A stretch of 62,907 bases of DNA, counting the filler, from Intoshia linei (taxonomy: Eukaryota; Animalia; Orthonectida): the NCBI GenBank assembly GCA_001642005.1. It is 5 parts of 5 records of this genome, joined end to end, with 100 filler letters (N's around TTAATTAATTAA, not from the genome) between each part and the next. Parts side by side here need not be neighbours in the genome. Positions count along the whole stretch, not along the records: positions 49,731 to 57,960 come from LWCA01001469.1; positions 58,061 to 61,174 come from LWCA01002150.1; positions 61,275 to 62,907 come from LWCA01002544.1; 2 more parts are not named here. One strand, given 5' to 3'. Within the stretch, counting starts at the first letter, position 1, and every line of letters starts with the position of its first letter. Both the position numbers and the translations under genes were made by a program. Positions 55,390-62,907 of this stretch are shown here, in pieces. A model generated the notes under the pieces. The model saw nothing but the letters and a program-made list of their open reading frames with translations, did no database searches and was not told the origin of the DNA.

Positions 55390-57333
55390 TAATTACAAAA
55401 ATAAATTAAAATAGTAAGCATGTTGAATGCAACGCAATTGGTAACAACAACAATGTTGAGTAAATTTTAACAGAAATGGTTCATAATTATTATTTAATAT
55501 GTAGTTATTTACAATATTTTGCATTTTAGTATTTTAAATTTTGATGTTAGAGTGAAAGTTATTAGTAATTTTTAAATTATACATTAATGATACTAGCTTG
55601 AGTGTTATGTACTTAATACAAACAGTAGCTAGCTATGCTGATAGAAGTTTTCATTTTAAGAGCGATTTTTAATAGATTATAGACAATGAATGGATAATCT
55701 TAAAAGCAATCCATTTATAGTTAAAATATAAATAATACCTAATAATACCTATATAATAACCTATAAATACCTAAAAAATAATTACAAATAACATTAATTC
55801 CAGAAAAAATAAAATTTAAATCCCTGTAGCACCTTACTTTTTTCTTCTACCATGCATTTCAAATGAAGCAATATTATCAATATTGAAAAAAATATCAAAA
55901 TTATAACAACAAAGTTATACTGAAGTTGATTCCAAATTTTTTAAAAAGTTTGAAAGCTTTTGAAAATTGCATTTGAGGGATTGCGTAGTAATGATAAAAA
56001 AACAGAAGAAATCAATTTATGAGATTGAAACCTACATTTTGGTATTTCAAATGTATACGGTCAATTTCCACTTTTTTTTAAATTCTAGGATGAATATTTA
56101 AATTTTTATCAATTTTAAATTTAATTCAAAGATTTGAAAATAATTGGTCGATAATATATTAACTTATTTTTCACCGGAAATGCGTAGATTTCTGATGCTG
56201 AAATTTTCTATCCAACTCAACTGGGATAAGCTGTATCAGAATAATCTTTTTATTAAATTCTAGGACCATTAATTATTTCAAATTTATTGTTTTCATAAAA
56301 ATTAAAGTACAGTAGTAAATTCTTTAATTATTTTGTTAGTTTAATTGTTTTTTAAATTAAGACTTAATGCTTTTTTGACCATGAAGACGTCACGTTGTCA
56401 GATTAAAATTTTGTTAAAAAAGGGTGACGTGGAGTTTAGATCGTGAAACGGCAGGTTTTTAGGTTGCAATTTATAATTTTAAAAAAATATTCTAATAATT
56501 ATATTTCTCGACGATATAAATTCGACAATCAGGTTATTTTGAAAAATAAGGTTGTTTGAGTAGCTAACCTAGAAGGACTCAATTTCTGAATATAAAAACT
56601 GTATTTGTAATGATTGAATAAAATACGGTTTTAAGATTATTAGATTTACATTTTTGTTAATCTGAATACTATTCACGATAATATGTAACAACACACAATG
56701 AATTACATTTCATTACAGCAGTGCTTTCCAACCATTTTGGTTCGCCACACATATTTCAATCCTAAAATTTTTTGCTGCACACCAATCTAAACATATACCA
56801 TTGATTCGTTGAAACGAAATTTTTTCTAATAATAATCTCAAAATAAATATAAAATTATTGGTGATTAATAGCTATTTTAGTTATGTAAAAATTTTATGCT
56901 ATTTAGAATTAAAAATTTTATTTGGTCACACCAATTTAAAAAAGTTTGGCGACACACCGGTTAGTAGTAAATTTAATAATAGTAATAATAATAGTAAATT
57001 TTTTTTTACATTTTCTCATAGACCCTTCGATAATTTTGTTTATTTTTTAATACATACACACATGCTAAATTTTACATAAACAAATAACATCATAGAAGTG
57101 GTCAATGACGTGCAAAGCTAAAAAATTAGACATTTTGGTCAAAAAATTGGAATGAATGGTCATATATATTTGTTCACTAATATTCTCTGATGAGCCATTC
57201 TCTAATTTTATTCTTCTGATTAATACGTATGTTTATGCAAAATTTTAAAAAGCAAGATTAATTTTAATGTAGTGCTCAAGTTGGTTTTAAATTTGGCAGC
57301 TTTATTAATTTAAATTATAAAGTTTTTTTTGGA

Positions 57334-57710
57334 ATGCACGTGTTAACAAGATCCGCGGATTATATTTGGATAATAGGCAATGTGATGGAAGATTTTTGTA
57401 AATATAACTTCCCAACATTACGGGACGTATTGAAGGTTTATTTTTATCATAGAAAAAAGGAATATGAGGTTTCCCAAGTTTTGAATATTACTGTGATAAA
57501 ACTGTTAGATTTGTGGATTACAAGTTCAATTTCTATTAAAGATAAGAAACATTGTAAATATGTTAAAGACATACTGCGAACGCTATAATTTATTAAAAAA
57601 GAATAAAAATAGGAGATATCAGTTCAAAATATTACGTGAGGATGATTTCATTAATACAATTGATAAATTGTTCGATATATCGCACATAAATGCCGAGTTG
57701 ATATTAAAAA
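57334..57710 (+). mobile_element. N-terminal remnant of an uncharacterised DNA transposase
   Basis: FPTLRDVLKVYFYH..LLDLW..SSI.IKD..HC then, after a frameshift, Y..LKKN..F...IDKLFDISH..A. This resembles invertebrate transposon proteins of the pattern LP..R.VL..F / W.KA.IP / LD.LFDIAH. Confidence 0.5.
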
Positions 57711-58060
57711 TGGTCAATGTTTTAAAAATCTGTGCCCGAAATCAATTTATATCTTCAAAAGTATATATAAAATGTGAGGTTTATTTTTAAATATTTCAAC
57801 GGTAACTAGCGTAACAATTCTATTTACGGAGTATGTAGATTGTCGTAACTTAAATGAAAAAAATATTTATAATCTACCTGAAGTTTACTATGATGCATTT
57901 TATGACATTGAAGATCTTAGTGAATATAATAGTGCTGAAGAATCAAACTTCACATCAGATNNNNNNNNNNNNNNNNNNNNNNNNNNNNNNNNNNNNNNNN
58001 NNNNTTAATTAATTAANNNNNNNNNNNNNNNNNNNNNNNNNNNNNNNNNNNNNNNNNNNN

Positions 58061-58285
58061 AATAAATCCCCATTATGTACCCCAAAACCCAATTTACACT
58101 GTAAAAAGATTATGATATGGATGTGGTGGGATATGTGGGTGTGGTATATCATGAATTTGTAAAAATCAAAGAAACCATTAATTCTGATGAATACTGTGAA
58201 CAATTAGAAAAATTATATCACAATATTTACCTGAAAAGATCACTAAAGTTTCGTAAAGGCAATATTATCCTACAAAAAGACTATC
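58061..58285 (+). mobile_element. mariner transposase fragment
   Basis: PKPNLHCKKIMIWMWWD then, after a frameshift, GVVYHEF....ETINSDEYCEQLEKL...KR..IILQKD. Confidence 0.85.
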
Positions 58286-58685
58286 TAGTCAAGTCTAGTC
58301 TAGACTACAAAAAGTTATCTAGATTCTAGAATCTATTTGATAAATATGAGGTGAAATAAATTGTTTTAAATGTGGTAGAAATTAAAAGTAACAAATCAGT
58401 TGATACTACCAATAGTATAATTCAGGGCGATCCAAAGACATATCGAGTGAGAGAAAAAAAATACGTTTTACAAATTTCGCGAGCACATTAAAAAAATATT
58501 TAATATATTTAATCACTTTATTGAAATACCGGTCAAAAATCCCAATTATCGTATTTTTTTGAAAATCAAACGGATCCAAGAATTAAAAAAAAATTATACA
58601 CTCTAATACAGATTTTAAAATCATGAACATTCTCATAAATATACATTTCAAAAAGGTATAGTATATTTATTAGTGTGATTCAAAA

Positions 58686-58885
58686 CAGTGGCGACCCTCC
58701 AACATTGGTTACTCGGGCAAAGCCCGAGTTGATATTTTTATATTTTTTAAAAAATTAGAAAAATATTAAAAAATAAAGTATTTAAGTAAATTAAGTAAAT
58801 AAATCTATAGATTAAATTTAAAAAATGTGTGGTTGTCATAGAAAATTTTAGCCAAAGTGATCTCGATTAGCCAGAGTCCCCACTG
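58686..58885. mobile_element. hAT-type MITE
   Basis: CAGTGGCGAC / GTCCCCACTG ends with flanks ATTCAAAA / GTTCAAAA. Confidence 0.65.
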
Positions 58886-59801
58886 GTTCAAAAACAAGAA
58901 AATTTTTGAAATTGAGAAAGTACTTGTGATATTTTGATAAGGGTGGTCAACAATGATGATTGGCAAAAAAATTAATTCGATTTGATTAATTTTCCTTTGA
59001 CACCCGAGCAGGGGAAAAGTAATCTATAATATTGTATTTTATAATATAAATATTTGAATGGTAACCATTAAAATTAATTGACGAATAGTAATTAAAACGT
59101 TCATTTATTAGTGAAATTATCCATTACGCAAAAAAATAATTTGATTCCATTAAATTTCCATCGCCAATCGAACAAAGGAATAATCAATATTATAAAATTT
59201 GTATAATATTAATATTTCAATCGTATCAATGAAAATCGAGTGACGATTATTAATTAAAACGATAATCCAATGGGTGACAAAGGCAAAGATTCATTTTATG
59301 AAAAAGTAAATCAAAAATAATAGTCGTATCGATTCGAAATACGGAGGTTTTTTAACATAATATGTAATTTTTTATAGATTTTAAAATTTGGACCAAAATT
59401 AAAATATAAATGAAAATTTTTAACACTATATGCAACATATATTAAGCAAAAAAAAATTTTTAATAAGTACTTTTGAGAATATTAGGGAAATTGGGTAAAA
59501 ATAACTTGTACAAATTTTTACAGCATAAAATTAATTTAGCATCTATAAACTTCAGAACCAAATCACCAAATTACTTTTTTTAAAAAATATCAATTTAAAG
59601 ATTTTTAAACATAAGTTTAAAATTGAAGCTTTCAGAAATTGAGTTTTTTAGGGTAAAAACTTCAAATTCCTCATCCTATTTTTAAAATATAAAACATCTA
59701 TAGAATTTTTAAAAAGTTTAAGTAATATTTTAAGTTTAAAGTCAAATCAAATTTCAAATTTGATTGCATTACTTTAAACAATAAAGTTAGTTGACATAAA
59801 A

Positions 59802-60914
59802 ATGGAAAATTCAAAATCCAAAATTTTGTCTGATTTAGATATATCTGAAAAAAAAATAGGTAAACTTAAATTTTAAACATTAACACTACAAAATAAAGTG
59901 TTCACCATTTTTTTGTTTTATTTTGTAATCTAATCCTGTCTCATTAGAGTATAACTATGTTAAATTTAATTCATAAGTTATGAATCATAACTTTCAATTC
60001 CCCAACTTTATATTTTAAAACTTAAAAATATTAAAACAAATATAATCGTTATTGAAATTTTTAGAAAATAGTACAAAACAATGTATCAACACCTTGAACG
60101 CTTCTCAAATAAACCGACTACAAATGGAAATTGTATCATCCGACAACAAAGTAAACTCATTGCGTTCATTTTATGAACACAAAATAGATCAATTAGAGTT
60201 TCATAAAAATGTATTGATCAATCTAAATTAATAATTATCTAAAATATAATAGGTTCTAAAAGGTAACGTAATGGACCTTGAAACTAAACTTACAATTATT
60301 GAAAACGAAAAAAATATTAAATATCAACAAATGAACAATCTTTCAATTGAAAAAATCAATAAATTTACCGAATTGGAAGAACAATTACTAAACACTAGCA
60401 TGGAACACGAAAAATTGTTAATGGAAAAAAACCAGGTTTTTTTTTTTACTAATTAATTAATTATATTAATATTTCAGTTAACTTTTAAAGTTAAAAATTT
60501 GGAAACTCAAATTGCTTCCAAATTTTTATTTTTAGAACAAAAAATTGACACTTTACAAAAAGATAATGATTCTTATCAAAAGAATATGTTGGATAATGAA
60601 GCGTAATATTTAAATTGTTATAAATAAGTGTTTTGGGTTTTAAATTATTTTTTTCAAGTTGGATAGAAAAATTACAAGCAAGATTACAAAATTCTCAAAA
60701 TGTGGAAGTGGAATTGAAGAAAGCACAATTTAAAATACAAGTATTGTCCTATTTTATGCTTTAGTTAATCTTTAAAATTATAGGAACTAGAGTTTGATTT
60801 GACTGCTGTCAGAGATGGTGCAGCTCACGGTTTAGCTATACAAAATCAAGTTGAAAGATTAAAAGTTTTCGAGTTTGAAAATAAACTTTTAAATGAAAAA
60901 TACCAACTTTTAAA
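59802..60914 (+). CDS. Coiled-coil protein, possibly MAD1 (spindle checkpoint), partial
   Basis: Frame-compatible exons separated by 40-60 nt introns; heptad-rich. AQFKIQELEFDL...DGAA....IQNQVERLKVFEFENKLLNEK resembles MAD1 [39 protein letters not shown]. The start is uncertain and the 3' end is lost in the gap. Confidence 0.5.
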
Positions 60915-61274
60915 GTAATTTTTGAAATTATTTGGTGATGAAATGATTTTTTTATATTTATGGTAGCACTATCAATTTTATATAAGTAATCTCAATTAAC
61001 TTGTAAATAATTAATTTACTTGTTAACTAAAACTAACTTATGGAAACGGAGACCTATCAGTCGATTATGATACTAAACGGTTTACGATTTAGTAGCATTC
61101 ATGTAATCAGTGATATTAGTCAATGGATAAAAAATAACAATTCTTGGTATTTTTTGTTTTATCAAGTAAATTTTNNNNNNNNNNNNNNNNNNNNNNNNNN
61201 NNNNNNNNNNNNNNNNNNTTAATTAATTAANNNNNNNNNNNNNNNNNNNNNNNNNNNNNNNNNNNNNNNNNNNN

Positions 61275-61549
61275 ATCCTACTATTCACTATTATCAATTC
61301 TTTAAAGGAGTGGTTCCCAAATTTGTTTTAAGTGGAACCATCATATCATATTACTTTTTACATTAAAGTGAATTATTCCATCTTAATTTTTTGTTAGTTT
61401 ACATTTGCGTTAAGAATTTTAAAAACAATTGTTATCCCATTTTTTTAATTTATCAGATAGAATGTGTGTATAATATTAAAAATAAAGTAAAAACAGTCCA
61501 ATTTTAAAAATTGTCATGAATAGCAAATATTCCAGAAAAAATAAAATTA
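61275..61549 (-). mobile_element. Helitron-like family internal fragment
   Basis: Near-identical to about 43305-43572 (ATTATCAAT..GAGTGGTTCCCAAA..GGAACCATCATATCA..AATAAAGTAAAAACAGTCCA). Confidence 0.75.
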
Positions 61550-61739
61550 TAAAACCCTATTTTGTCATTTTCAATGTGATGACTGTGATATGGGGACATT
61601 GTTTAGAATAGTTGATTATGTTTCTTTGGCAGTCTCCTTGATTGCTTTATCTTTTATTTCTATAACCTCTTTCATGGTGTCCATTTCTCGCTCTACTGTT
61701 ACCTCATTCTTTCCTTGATATATCATAAGAGTTATTGGG

Positions 61740-62907
61740 TTTTGCACTTGATGTATCAAAAGCTAACCGATGAAGGAACTCTTCCAATGTTCCTTCACGT
61801 TGCGGTTCCTTTTAACATGAAATTTGAGGTAGTCTATATCGTAAGAATTAAATAAATGGTTCGATCTGTGTAATGTTATCTTTAATGCTATGGGTGAATA
61901 TACTTCCTCTGACTCTATCCCCATCTCGCCAATCAACTCTCTAAATTTAGATATACTTTCCTTGTCAAAACTTAAGGATTCCGTATCAGGATTCGCAGTT
62001 TCCAAGACACAAGTTCGAAGCGAATCATCTGATAATATGCGGTTCCTCCTAATTTGGTTCATCCTAATGTATAATATCCTTTAAAATATAGCCTTGTAGA
62101 CAGGTACATATAGCAATTGGGACAGGTTATTTGCTGAATATGCAGACTTGGGAACTAGGTTTAACGATCTATGATACCATACAAGGCTTGTAGAACGATA
62201 ATGATGATCATCTAATGAAAACATCTTTCTTAATTCTGGTATCATTGAACTGGTGAACATCATTGTAACTCTTCTGGTGTGTACATTCCCATATATTCTG
62301 TCCAAAGATTCAGAGTGATTATGTCCTTACCTCTAAGACATATCGTCGCCCATCTAAGGGATTTGATATCCTCATTCATGTTCGCATGAGCTAAAAAGAG
62401 GTCATATATGGATGTTATTGTGATCACTTCTTGTATTGACGCAATGATTGATAAGGAAATATCTCCCACATTCAATGTGTCTACTTTTTCTGTTGGTAAA
62501 GATACATTGCTGATTCGTAAAATATTCTTGACCTTCTCAATTGTTTTGGCTTTATAGTTGGCTATATCCACACCTGATTCTTTCTTAATCCTGAGATGTT
62601 AAATGTAATATAACAATATCCCATAAGTGTACTTAGAAACGTCTGGATGGTCGATCAGATTTTCCAATGTGTTGTTGGAGTCTTTGGTTTCAATAAAATT
62701 TTCGAGTCCGCTATAGTAATTAATTCATTTTGTAATTTTCTATCATTGTAGCCATAAATAAGTTATACTTTGATTCTGTTCATATTCTTTCTAGACTTTC
62801 TCAAGTATTAGACTGATCAACATAGGCGCTTGTCCTGATTGGTTTTTATTAATGAAATTTTGTTTAAGTCTTTCGTAAATTCATAGTTTAAGCATATTTT
62901 TTTTGCT
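61740..62907 (-). pseudogene. Endogenous viral element: degraded rhabdovirus-like nucleoprotein (N)
   Basis: Intronless and less AT-rich than its flanks. Stitched translation LRIKKESGVDIANYKAKTIEKVKNIL..SIYDLFL..SLRWATICLRGKD..MFTSSMIPELRKMF..YHRSLNLVPKSAYSAN..MNQIR is collinear with recalled rabies virus N [75 protein letters not shown]..MGQVR. Stops at about 62600 and 62082; frameshift at about 62263. Confidence 0.82.

Noticed and set aside
59270-59305. MGDKGKDSFYEK followed by GTAAAT as a first exon of the MAD1-like gene
   Set aside because: I could not find a frame-compatible path to the exon at 59802; left unresolved.
1-62907. tRNA, rRNA, CRISPR or prokaryotic defence systems
   Set aside because: None recognisable by eye; the window is intron-containing animal DNA.

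Overview
A very AT-rich, compact eukaryotic (animal) scaffold, not a prokaryotic one. Genes are split by many 30-45 nt GT-AG introns plus a few larger introns filled with transposon debris. There are four N-gaps padded with an artificial TTAATTAATTAA linker. Composition, tiny introns and an annelid-type SUEL-lectin receptor suggest a reduced lophotrochozoan such as the orthonectid Intoshia, but this is inference only. Recognisable host genes: POP4 (partial), IQUB, MRPS33 (absent from the ORF track), a tincar-like multipass membrane protein, EF1-gamma, a divergent STRAP-like WD40 gene, PPP4C, a possible PEHE-domain protein, a SUEL/CUB/sushi-like membrane receptor, the 5' part of an RXR-type nuclear receptor, a WDR97-like gene and a MAD1-like coiled-coil gene. 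Mobile DNA includes a pervasive non-autonomous Helitron-like family, hAT, pogo and piggyBac MITEs, and Tc1, mariner, hAT and Gypsy remnants. The standout observation is a degraded, intronless rhabdovirus-like nucleoprotein (N) gene at the right end (minus strand). It is a candidate endogenous viral element and is joined directly to a Helitron fragment. All homology calls are from my recall of family motifs; no searches were run.
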